Source: Kudoa neothunni (taxonomy: Eukaryota; Animalia; Cnidaria). From it: a DNA stretch of 64,000 nucleotides. A program made the position numbers and the translations under genes. Numbering within the stretch: position 1 is the stretch's first letter; every line of letters starts with the position of its first letter. The stretch spans positions 7,196,234 to 7,260,233 of the forward strand of contig OZ199839.1 in the NCBI GenBank assembly GCA_964304625.1. The letters are read 5' to 3'. Positions 1-12,228 of the stretch are shown here, one piece after another. The notes beneath the pieces are model-generated. The model ran no database searches, was not told the origin of the DNA, and worked only from the letters and a program-made list of their open reading frames with translations.

Positions 1-85
1 ATAGGAAATTCGCAGAAATTATGGGGAACGTGACGTTATCTCTGCGCATGTGTGGGCACCACCAATTCTAAAGTGGAGGGGTTAA
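1..85. mobile_element. Probable right end of a piggyBac-like element cut by the window edge
   Basis: GC-rich block ending gagggg|ttaa; similar ggg|ttaa ends at 43974-43980, 47801-47807 and 55204-55210. Confidence 0.35.
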
Positions 86-1522
86 ACTTTAATTAGCGTC
101 AAGATTAAGTTATTTATTTTTGTTGTTAGATTATTTTAAATTTTTATACTTCAAATTAGAATCAATGTGCATTAAAAAATTATATAAACTAAAACTTTAC
201 ATTCGAGATAGGATCACACGATTATTTTTCTCATTTAATTTATAATTAATTAATCTGAAAAAACTACAAAATCCAACATTCCGTCGAGGAAAACCAAAGG
301 CACTGGCAGTTGACACGGAAGTTTTCAATCCAAAATGGCAAGCAAGGTCACGCATTATCCATTTTTAATCCCGACAACTCCTATCTATAGTTTATTTATA
401 AAGTTAGTTTCTTAGAATATGCTATATTTAATTATTTTTGGCACATCGCCTCGCTCCCGGTGGCCAAAAATAGTTAAATACGCTAAAAACTATACCTACC
501 TGGATATTACTATCCGTGTCTATAGCCACGCTCTTGTTAATATATGGTCGGAGTTGATACACCCCTGCCAGAAGTGATCATGATTTTAATTTCGTTGTTC
601 ACAGTTGTTAAAAGCATGATTCTTACAAAAAATGGTAAAAATGTATCATAGTGGCCGTAATCCAAATCAGCAACAACGTACAAAAACGAACCTGTTGAAT
701 ATTTTAATAATAAGTATTAATCAGTGTTACGTCATCTGTAGGGTACTTTCAGCAACCGATATTTGTCATCACAATAGCATTTGCAGTAATCTATTAATGC
801 AGAGAACTCCTAGTCCATCGCGATTAATTCGACAGACTATACCAAAAATTAAGTTGGATTGTCATATTTCATCCTTGGCGGTTGCCTATTATTAATCTGT
901 CTATAAGAAAAAAGAATTCGTACTTATACAAACATTAGGTGTTTAATTGTATCTAATGCGTAACCATAACATCAAAAATAATATCCAAACTAATTATAAT
1001 CTATAATCTGGAAATTAGGCCATTATTCTGCATTTTAACCCAAAAAACATCTAGCTTTAATGTTTCTGTGAGTTAATTTGAAACATTAATATGCTTTTTA
1101 AAGTTATTAGGAAATCTCTCAGTGCTTAATATTCCCAAGCAAAGCTGGGCAGTTCTTATTAATCTCTCATGAATGAACAGAGATATTTTACTGGAATTTT
1201 TAAATAATAAATTTTCTGGTAAACAGACTTGCAAGATCGAACAAAGTTTCCTAGTTTTGATGATCTTATTTTAATCATAGAATAGGATAGCTATATTTAT
1301 TAGCAATACGACATAGCGATTAAAATGTATTATATGGGTGTAACTATTGAATACAATATAAATCATACTTAAAATGTACATTTTAATTAGCATATGTTTA
1401 CAGTCAATATAATAAATATATATGTATTACGCGAATAAAACTCGAAGGGTATTAAAAGTATATATGAATAAACCACAAATTGGTCTGACTATTTTGACGC
1501 AGGTACCGCAACCTTGAGTGAT

Positions 1523-4500
1523 ATGCTGTGCAACCGTTTCACGTCAATAAATATATGTTGCTTCATATGTAAATATTTATTTGAAAAAATCAATTAAATT
1601 TTAATTAGGGTTTGTCTTGAATAATGCGGCATCTAATAATCTTGATAATTCCATCATGAAACTTACTTTCTCAAACGTGGACAATAAATATACTATTTCT
1701 CTTTCCGGATACGGAATCGAAAATAGTAGTAAAAAATGTGCCCTCCAATTTTATGAAAAAGCAACCAACGCATTCAAATTATTTTCTTCATGTGTTAATT
1801 ATATAGAAAATAGTGCTGGGGAACCAGGGTCAAGTATGTGCATCTATGACTGTAAGAAGGTTGAATTCAAAATGAATGGAGACGAATTCAAAGAAATTAA
1901 ATCTCTAAGATGGTGCCAAGGTAAAAACAATGAAGATCTAAAAATATGCCCCATCAAAAAAGTTTTTATACTCCAAGGTATAACTCATTCATGTTAGAGT
2001 GGATAAATTCGTTTCAGATATTTACGTAAAAACTACGATTTCATCAGTCAAGGCAGATGAAGAGTTTACATTAACTATTCAAAGCAAAGTCAACGGAGGC
2101 TTTACCTCGAAAATTGATGGTACTCAAGAATCGAGGGTAGTATCAAATGATGCTTTCTTCAAAGAAAATTCTATTAAATTAAGTCCATTGTCGGATCAAC
2201 CTAAGTATATAATCGAATTTGATAATCGATCACCTGAAATATTTTTTAATCCACAAAAACCCACAGAAGATTTTTTTATAGCAACCGGTGCTCGTTGGAC
2301 TACAAGTTATGGTAGACATAAATTTTTCTATGTAGTAACGCTTGTAAATCCAAAACCTTCATTAATATGTTACTTCGGAATAAAAGCTATTGCAGAAAAC
2401 CATTTTTACTCTAGTTGTTCTTCATCGAACACGTATGTATCGTGTTATAAACCTTGTGACAAGGCTTATTTGACGCATCCAAGGGTTACCATGTCATATG
2501 CCAATCTACTTGTAAGGCCGATAACTAAATCTATATCAAGGGATTTTATTCAACTATTAACATGTAAATTTTAGTCTCATTATATAAATTAAGTATTTCT
2601 TAGTCAACAACCATCAACACGACGTTACTCATAAAAATAATAATGATGTTACTGTTGATCTCACACATTTTAACAAAGTTGGATCAAATGAAACTGTTAT
2701 AGACGGAGTTAAAATCGGACAAATAAAACTAATAAAGAAATATATGGGAATCGGAAATAACGGAATTATTCCTACTTGTATTAATGATAAATGTGATACT
2801 TTCTCTTCAATAACTTTGACCTCACTTCTGCCGTCGACAGAATATATTCTCAGAATTAAAATAATTGGAATGATTAAAAGAGATTTTAAAGAATCAAAAT
2901 ATTACTATAGATATTTTTATTTTAAAACTAAAGGTACCTTTATACATATTTCATAAATATCTTTATATGTTTTAAAAAGGAAAGGAATTTCTATCTACCA
3001 GGACTATCACAGCGACTTTTGTGGAGGGAAGTCCCACAAAGTTGACTCTAACTCTAGCTAATCTGCTTTCCGCTGAAACTGATACCAATGCTAAATGTGA
3101 ACTCTACTATTCGACTTTTGGAAGTGAATCATCCAAGTTTCCTGCCACTTGTGAAATGAACGGGAAAAATGTTTTTTTGTCTTGGTGCTTGCAATGGCAC
3201 TTTTAAAATTATAAATCTTGATCCAAAAACAAGGTACAAAATAACGGTGTGCTCTAAAAGGTACACGTGTGTCGACAGCAGTGAAGTAGAAAGTAACATT
3301 TATTTAGTAAAAGCGTTATATTGTTTAATAGCTACCGGAGATACACTGTCACTTACTTCAAGTAATGATGTCACGAAACAAAAGACTACTGTCAAAATGA
3401 CTCCTTCAAGAAAAAATTCTGAATCTATGTGGACTTATCTTTTGATAGAAAAAAATTCCATGGAAACAATTATTGATTGTTTGAACAGCAACTGCAATCC
3501 TTCGGTGTTAGTTTCCGAGGGGACCACTAAATTAGATATTCCATGGAGCAAACTTAATTTTGAAGTCATATACCAAATAATTGCAGTAAAACAAAGGATA
3601 TACAAAATATTCTTACAGAGATATAACAAGTGGTTATTTTCTTAATACTTAAATCAAATATTCTTAGGTGACAGAGTTGATGGTAATGAAGAAATGATTC
3701 TGCGATATGATTCGAATGCTCAGAAATGTAAAGTTAAATTTAGGGGTGATCTACATAAACTTAAGTGATAAACAATGCACTGTCAAGAAGGCAAAATCCG
3801 ATTTGAGTGTATACGAAAATTCTGGTGTAAATGGAGCCTCAAACGTACACAATTGCAAAAATTTGGGAAAGGAATTTTTTATTTCTCACGATACCACCAA
3901 TAAATTGAACTATATTTCTGTTGTATACAAAGAAACAGTAACTATAAAATCGGACACAAGTGAAAGTGTAACTTCTCCAGAAATACAGCCCACTGTGTCA
4001 GTTGTATCTAAAGTTGAGTCAGTTACATCTGAAGTTGTGCAAAATTCAGGTGGGGCAAATGAAAAAGATGAAGAAACCACAACGCAGAAACTAGCCGAAC
4101 CACAAATAACTACAAAAGAAATTAATAAAGGAAAAGTTTTTTCATATTATATAGGTAACATTTAATCGTAAACAATCTTATAAAATAATTAAGATTATTT
4201 TGAGAATGTCCATTACGAAGCAAAAATTGGTCGCGATCTACTTTATTTACGCTCACACAAATGTTCCTTAAATTGTGCAACCTACAAAGACAATCAAAAA
4301 CAAAATTCTATCGAAGAAACACAAAAAATATTAAAAGGTTCTTGTAATTGGGGAGATTACATAGTTGCATTCGATGAAAACGTTGAGGACTACCACATAA
4401 TTTGCCCCAAACATTTCGACTTCCATTTTTTTTATGATAGTACGTTGATAAAAAATGGTGCGACCATTTTTAATAGATTCTATTTTGAGCTGGCGATTAA

Positions 4501-7500
4501 TGAATCAAACAGGAAGTTGACGGTGAAATTGGTTAACGAGGAACCATCGGAATTATGCACATTCGAATGGATCGATGCAACACCATTATCAGAAAATACC
4601 TTTTATTCTACCGAGTGCAAAAATAATAGAAACTGCTTATACAGCTTATGTAGTAGTATTACTTTTGATAGTATTCCAGAAAATGTGAAGGCAGTAAAAA
4701 TTCGCGTCCTTAAATTAGGAATGGTACCGTTATATAGTTATGATAACAACATTCACTTTTGTAATTTTAAATTTGGTATAAAATTGAATTAACTTATTTT
4801 AGTAAAACACCTAAATGATATTCCTCCTACAATATCCGGTTCTAATATCAAAATTAATATCACGAAGGCTAAGTTGGATGAGGATGGTAAACCATTTGCA
4901 ATTCTTGTTGATAATCTTTGTACCTTAAATTATTGGAATGTTTATGCTCCGTTGAATTATGAATGGGATAAAAAAAGAATCGATAATGTGACTTGTAGGG
5001 TAGGTGAAATGGAAATATCGCTAGGCACACGTCATTTACTTAATGAGGTTGCTGTGAATATCGAAACGATTCCCAATCATGAAGTAATGAAATACTTTTA
5101 TTATAGAAAAAGTAATCCTTTATAGTAAAACATTTTTATAATTCTTTAAGAATCGTCGAACAGTCTTTCAACCACCGCCGTTAGTACTACTTCCACCACT
5201 GACGGATTTAATCTCACCCCAGTTCCACAGCCCCGACAAGCAAATGCACAATTTACTTGAAACAAACAGATTCAAATCTTGGATACATTCCGGCAGTTTG
5301 TAGAGGAAATAAACCATGTGTCAATAACTGCGATACACAATTTAATATTATTGGATTAAATTCGGGTGCCAACTATGATATAAAAAGTAGTGCCTACAGG
5401 AGATTACGCGGAACAAATATTTAAAAACCAAAAAACAGGTAATATTTTTATTCAAATTTTCGAAAATATTCTTTAGCTGGAGAGCCAATAACTTTTAAAG
5501 TTTCCAATGAATCAACAAGGAAAACACTTAAAATAATTCCTGACAAAAATTTTGAAAACATTAATGAAACTGATTGTTATTATCAGCTATGTAAATATGA
5601 AATGGATGAAAGTAAATAATTAAGAATTTTCTAAAATAAAATAACTTAGATTCATCAACGGATCTGTCAAAACCATGTACAGGACACACAACTGAATTCT
5701 TGGTCTCAAAATGCAATCAAATTAATCTACATAATGGCTTATATAGCAGTGAAAACAATTACAGGGTAATCGTGTACGCAAGCGGAAAATCAGCGCCATA
5801 TGAGCTTTTTGTGCCAGGTGAAAATTATAACGTATATTAGAATAATATCAGTTTAGCATTTTTCCGATCTGGTAAACTAAAGCAGAAGTTCATACCTTCA
5901 AACGAAGACGAACCCGGAATTGGAAAATTTTCGATTTCTCTGTCAGAATTTCCAAAGAGTAATAAATGCGCAATAAAATTTCTAGCTTTGAAATAACCCC
6001 GGCTTACAAAAAACCAACTTGTTCTTCAAACATGAATGGAAATTTTTGTGTTGTGAATTGTGATGTAACAGATTTTGAAATTGGTTATGTAAATTCAAAA
6101 GTGGATCGATACATAGCAGTTTTTTACGGTGATAATGACGATAATGCCAAGAACTCTATTAGGGTTCGGTTTTTCCAATAATAATGGGTAAATAAAATAA
6201 CTTATGATGCTTATCTATATAATTAACAAAAACAGTTGGTTCAGCCAAAACATATTCATTCTTCTCATATATAAAAACACTCATTAAATATATGTTATTT
6301 ATTATAGATAACCTACATGAAAACACGTACAAGTTGGAACATGTTGGCGACAAAATTAGTTTTTTCCTACAAATCAACATCCAAAACCGACTTTAGAATT
6401 ATTGCTGATAAATCAAAGGTGATAAATAGTGATAATAATGGTTTATCTGTATTTGACTATTCTGATACACCTGAAAATAAATCAGTCACTCTCCCAATTA
6501 ACGAGATCAAAAATAATTATAGGATTGATTCAACCATTATGTGGCCTCAGTTGCTTTATTTCAAAGATAATACTTTTGTGAATGATACAATTCCTTTAAA
6601 AACGAATATTATTTTCTCCATTTCTGAAGTTAATGATAACAACAGGAAGTTAAAAATCAATTTCTCTCCTGGTCCATATAATGATGAAATGTGTCACGTT
6701 AAGGTCTTTAAAGTGGATGAAATGGGTGCAGATCAAGAAAATAAGGTTTTGAATACCTGTGATAATATAACAGATGGGTGTTATCAGTTATGCCAAGACG
6801 GTATAATAAATTTAAATGAAGATTACGATAAAGTTGGAGTCACTGTGAAACGAAGATATGATCTAAAGAAACACAAACAATATTTTAAAAGTAAATTTAA
6901 TTTTTTCCCCCACTAATTATTGCTTTTAGAGGGTGACAATGGATTCACTTTGTCGGAATTAACCAAAACCGGGGTTACTTTGACTGGACTAAATACTTAT
7001 CAGAATATAAACAAAGATGGCGAAACCCCATCATGTAACATTAGAATCTCAAAAGCACACTCCTCTTCTATTGAATCAACGGCTCAGTGTGGTTCTAACG
7101 AATGCACCACTACCTGTGATAACTCATATTCGATCACTGGTTTGTCTCCTGGTACTAATTATGTGGTATCAACTCAAGTTTCAAACCTCGGATTTAAGGA
7201 AAATTACACCAAGAAAATCACCTTCAGAACCCGTATATTCTATTTTAGATTTTTTGGTTAAAATTAACTAGTTGGTGATGCTGCATTGAGTGAATCAAGC
7301 AAAGGTCCAATCCTAGATAAAGAGGGCGTTAAAATCACCCCACTTCAATCTAATAATGAGGAACTTATGTGCCAATTGTATGTTAAAAAGAAAGGCGGAT
7401 CCAACTCAAAATATATGGCTGTTTGTCATGGAATGGGAATTTGTGAAAACAAATGTGATAGTGAATTTAACATAGCTAATCTCGAGTTAGGAGAAACGTA

Positions 7501-8490
7501 CGAAATAATTGTTGAACCATCTGATGACAAACAAGATAAAACCTATGAAATAGAAATAAGTAATGAATAATATTTAGTCTACTTATAGAATAATTTTTAA
7601 GAAAATGGTGAGATTGATATCAAATGTACATATTATGGAGAGAGTGATTTGAAAATCGATGTGAATTTTGATCAAAAAAATGAAAATTCGATTTGTCCTT
7701 TTATGTTTTACGAGAATACAGAATATAAAGAAAAACGTCCATTGATTGCTTGGTGTCATGATAATGATCGGGAGTGTTCAGCAAATAAATGCGTTATTCA
7801 GATAAATGGATTGTCTAAAGACAAAGATTACATTTTGGAAGTGAAAGCGAAGGGCTACTCAAAATACAAAATAGAAGATGTTCCATGTAAATAAGTTGAT
7901 TACATTATTTTCAATATTTTTAAACTAATTATCTGTTTATATACATATGAAGACAAAAAAGTGTCACGATTAATAGGGTAAAACCAAAATATCCTTTATG
8001 TTTTATAATATTCTTTTTAGTAAATGTATTATTGAGAGGAACTATATTAACGTAAATATATCTACAAGAGCAACACATAAAGAGCGAATATGATGATGTT
8101 GATTTTGAGGATATCACCGAAGATGTGATTACAAGAGTTCAAGGAGGGTATATATTTATTTAATGATACGCAGAGTAGTATATATTTATTTAGTTATTCA
8201 ATTAATATATAAATATTTATTATTTAATATGAGTAGAAGCTAAAGGAACCTTAGACTATGAGACGGCGACAAATAATTATGCGTATTTTATGCTATCATT
8301 CTAATGTTTTACCCTTTAATAGGTCTTATGAATTTTACATGTAAATTTATAATCACATCATTCTGTTTAAATAATGGTTTTTAGTCTTTATGCCTTGATA
8401 CCACTTGTGGAATCAATATTATTGATCACGGGTATATTTATTTTTAGAAGGTGGAAAAGAAGAGTAAGAAATAAAGGGAGCCATCCTTAA
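1523..8490 (+). CDS. Large multi-exon type I membrane protein (roughly 2000 aa) with about 12 Cys-containing FN3-like repeats
   Basis: ATG 1523 plus intron 1569-1608 gives a signal-peptide-like N-terminus (MLCNRFTSINICCFIWFVLNNAAS). A chain of same-strand ORFs is joined by short GT-AG introns (e.g. 4155-4193, 4776-4802, 6891-6929). FN3 tyrosine-corner motifs recur: ITLTSLLPSTEYILRI, IINLDPKTRYKITV, ITGLSPGTNYVVS, IANLELGETYEIIV, INGLSKDKDYILEV. The last exon (8385-8490) encodes LYALIPLVESILLITGIFIF-RRWKRRVRNKGSHP*. Several homopolymer frameshifts are present. Confidence 0.85.
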
Positions 8491-8532
8491 GGACACACCT
8501 ATGATCATAATTTACATATAGTAGTTTTTAGT

Positions 8533-8560
8533 TAATTCGCTAATTCGCTAATTCGCTAAT
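8533..8560. repeat. (TAATTCGC)x3 short tandem repeat just downstream of the stop codon
   Basis: taattcgc taattcgc taattcgc taat read directly. Confidence 0.8.
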
Positions 8561-8759
8561 TAATTAATTATTTTTTGTTTTTCCTCAGTTGCGCAATTTG
8601 TTTAAATCATAGCTACTACCTTCTGTCTATATAAAGTAATACAATAGAGCCTCTACAGCCTAATTTGTACTTTTATAAAAGTTTGGATTCAGTTCGAAAA
8701 TTTTTCGATTGATATGGTTTTAATATCTTAAACATTAATATAAAGAACGAAATAATAAT

Positions 8760-9470
8760 AATAAAAATATAATATGGGAAGATTTTAATGATTTGCTATA
8801 GCGAAGTAAAAATGTCTATTTTTAATCCTATTAATCCCATAAATTACACATCTAAAGATCCAATATGGTGACATTTTAGAGAAGCTTAGTGTAAAAAATA
8901 AAAATATTAAAGTATTTTATTAGGCTGAAATTACTTCCTGGTGCAATGGCAGTGTCTTTAAATTATATTAAAAAAGAAGCCGTTTTGTTAATATTAGCTC
9001 AACTTAGATTAGTAAAAGATTATCAACCTTCGATACTATTCTTATTGAACAAGCGCAAATAATAGGTTCAAATTTTTTCGAATCCAATAATTATTCAAAG
9101 ATGATAATATATTTAAGCTGAAGAAATCAATAATCTGGAGATCCTTAAGAGAAAAAAGATTATGCGTGAATTCTTGAGTCTCAAAAAATAATGGTTGATA
9201 TTGATCTTGTTATAAATGATTTTAAGACACTGTGAAGTGTTTATTTATTTTTTTATTTTGTTACCGAAAAAATATAACTACATCCTACTCTAACAAAAGG
9301 ACCATTGATATGATATAAAGTTTGAAAACCAGTTGCAAACAAATATTTTAGTACGCAGCTTCTTTTTGATAACAAAATTAGTGTATGCGGTTAAGTCTAA
9401 AATTTAAAATTATTTAAATGTATTGACAACGATATTGGGGGCCGGTAGAGGAGCGTCGTCAACCATTAAT
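8760..9470 (+). mobile_element. Possible heavily decayed hAT transposase relic
   Basis: Fragmentary SKDPIW (~8851) and VDIDLVINDFK (~9195) resemble the N-terminal and C-terminal motifs of hAT transposases. No clear TIRs. Confidence 0.3.
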
Positions 9471-9707
9471 GAAGAGATCGGAAGATGAGGTTCTATATTA
9501 TTTCATCGTTAAAATTCAAAAATTAAAATATAATTAAGCGCCAAAGACAAAAACTAATTCAATGCAATCAAATATTCAAAAAATAAGCTGGCTTAAATAA
9601 TAGTGGGGAATAGTTCGATGTAAGAAACTTTCAAAGATACAGAAAGGACATTAGTATATGAGTGGTTTTCAGTAGGAGGGTCAGATAAGATCTGTAATTT
9701 TAAGGGT

Positions 9708-12228
9708 TTATTTTCTGGAAGAATCCTTTACTGAGGGATTTCTCTCGATATTTTTACTACTTACTTCAGCAACTGTGTTTTGGTCTGGTTTGCTATCAGT
9801 TGTATTAGTTGAGTTGAAATTTTTCTTCGATTTGGATTTTCCCCTTTCCTTAGATGGAGGAGTAGAATTTTCATCTTCGGCAAGATCGTTTACCGCAGCT
9901 GGATGAACCCCTGTTGTCAATGCTGTTGTCGCTGCTGCAGTAAACATAATGCTCATCGTTGGTTAGATCAGACACTGGGGTTTTGGTCGCATTCACATTT
10001 TTATTTTTCACATTACCATTATTAGAACTATCTTCAAAGTTTGAAGTTGGAGAAAGTAGTTGATGGTGTAAAAGCGAATTGTGAGATCTCACCTCAACCG
10101 GTAACGAATGTTCACCTCCTCTTTCTTTCCATTCCCTTTGCATGCACACTTCACATGATTGAATAAATTTTGTCACTCCTTGAGCAATGTCGTTTGAGTA
10201 GCAGTAGCGCAACATTCTCGAGATTGTCTCATTGCGAGTGAAATGTTCGCCATTTTCTTCTGAAATTTTCAATATATTAAAAAAATATACAGTAACAGTT
10301 GCAAAAAAGTACTAATATGAAACCGAGGAGCATGTTCGATCACAGCATCGACATCTCTCAACCAAAGACGCAATCTCTCGCTGAAAGACGACACACTGTA
10401 TATGTAGTTGTCAATGATTTTAAATTTTTTGGATTTCCGCCGTAAATAAGCTTTTCTTGAAGGGTCAGCGTTTGGGGGCCATTTTCGATGCAATTTGTAG
10501 TAGTAGATAGTGTCATAATCATCATAGCAATATTTCGCCATGAGGTTTCTTGACTGAACCGAACTCGGTTCGTCTTGGATGAAAAATGGGTCGGTTTCAT
10601 TGCGTTTGTTGGAGGGGACTATAGGAGCATCTCTCACTTCGCTTATGGTTTTGACCTCGTTGGAAATGGTTAAATTTTGTATCGAATTTGTGACCGCTCT
10701 ATTGGGATAGTTTGGAGTAGTTGCCAAATTGGTATCAGTTCCGGCTGAAGGTTGGTTTGTGTCAGCGGAAGAGCCATCATTCGTATGCTGTACATCAAAT
10801 TTGTTTGTGGATTCTTCGAACGGTGTGATATTTACGTCATCTTGAATACGATGCCCACTTTCACGAATAATTTCCCTCGATTCCATTATCAGTTTTTGGC
10901 GAGATATCAAGTAGAGGGGATCCCTTAAACACAATTGGAAGGCAACTTCATTCATTAACATCTCATTGAGATTTAGCGACGATGATTTTCTTCGATTGTC
11001 ACTTCTTCCAAATATTACAGATGAATTTTTGATCATGTTGACGCGATCTTCATCCAACGAATCCAAACGTATTAAAAAAGGGATCCTGGTTGGTATTCGT
11101 ATCGAGTGATACTTGAATATCGGTGGATCTAACAGATTATATTTGTGAAGAGGTGAGTTTTCCATAGCTTTTGAGCCTTCAAAGATTGGACAATAGCTTG
11201 GAAACGGTTTACCTTTGGCTGGCGGATACATTCTAATGTTGTTTGGATGAATGTCATTGGGGTGGTTATAATCAGGTTGGCTGGACGAGGGTTGATTCAA
11301 AGCAATAGTTGAGTTTGGTGATATTGTTGTCGGGTTGAGTTTATACATCATTGGGGGTTTGTTATGATTTTGAGATGGTGGCAATACATTAGTGGTTGGA
11401 CAGAATCCATGGAAATAATGTCTAGCTGGTTCCGAGTTCATTCTATTATGCGAATAATAACGCAGTGGGAGACTGTGATATGGATGATAGTAGCTTCTAT
11501 TGTACGCTGGTTGGGTGATGTTAGTTCCAGAGTTGTGCTCATGGTTGTATGGATGTACAGGCGAGATTTTACCTATACTTGCTGGGCCGCTTGAGTTGGT
11601 GAGATTTTCCTCTGGCGTTGTATTGTAAACCTCTTCACCGGTCGATTCGATGTAGTAACGTTTGGTATAGCTGGGCACAAAATTATTTGGGCCAACAACC
11701 TTGTAGGAAATATGATGAACGCATGTGATGTCCTCGGTCTTGGGCTTTTTGGTGGGGCTATCAAGTGTGGAAGTGTTATGTTCGATAGTTCGTTGGTTTG
11801 CAGGTGAGAGCTCAACCCATTTTTCGGTAGGACTGTGAGAAGTATTTTTAGCAGCTCCATTGAAGTTAATTCCTACAAAAGTGCCAATACAAAATTTTCT
11901 ACCGCATAAACCACCCACCTTCTGTCGAGATTGGTGTGGGTTTTCTATCCGAATCGGATTCCATTTCAACTTGATTATCTAAATCTATTAACATCAACTA
12001 TTTCCAAACAGCTTTCAACCTACTATAATTGTTATCTAGAGCTTGCTTTATTCGGGCCTTGTCCTGCTGTTTCAGAGACGCGAATATATGATCGAATTTT
12101 TCCTCATCGACAGTATTTTTATGCACATCAATAATATCATCCAAATGATGTGTGGAGAGCTCATCCCAATACTCGAGTAGGTCCAGCTCTTTCAAAATAT
12201 CGTATATAATTTGGCTAGTGTCGCTCAT
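9708..12228 (-). CDS. NAB: NGFI-A/EGR-binding corepressor (NAB) homologue with a C-terminal integrase-type HHCC zinc-binding domain
   Basis: NCD1-like IYDILKELDLLEYWDELSTHHLDD...ARIKQAL (12020-12228). NCD2-like MIKNSSVIFGRSDNRRKSSSLNLNEMLMNEVAFQLCLRDPLYLISRQKLIMESREIIRE (~10855-11055) matches NAB IRKYSAIYGRFDSKRK...LTLHELTVNEAAAQLC. Introns at ~11980-12022, ~11875-11919 and 10260-10312. The 3' end (9871 or 9708) and a possible extra 5' exon are uncertain. Confidence 0.85.

Noticed and set aside
1962-1999. 20-22-nt intron candidate
   Set aside because: Needs a GAG acceptor; a 36-nt intron plus an A-run indel is an alternative, so it is unresolved
3728-3743. 16-nt GT-AG segment that would restore frame in the surface protein
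   Set aside because: A one-base homopolymer error near 3757 explains the frame break equally well, and such errors are common here
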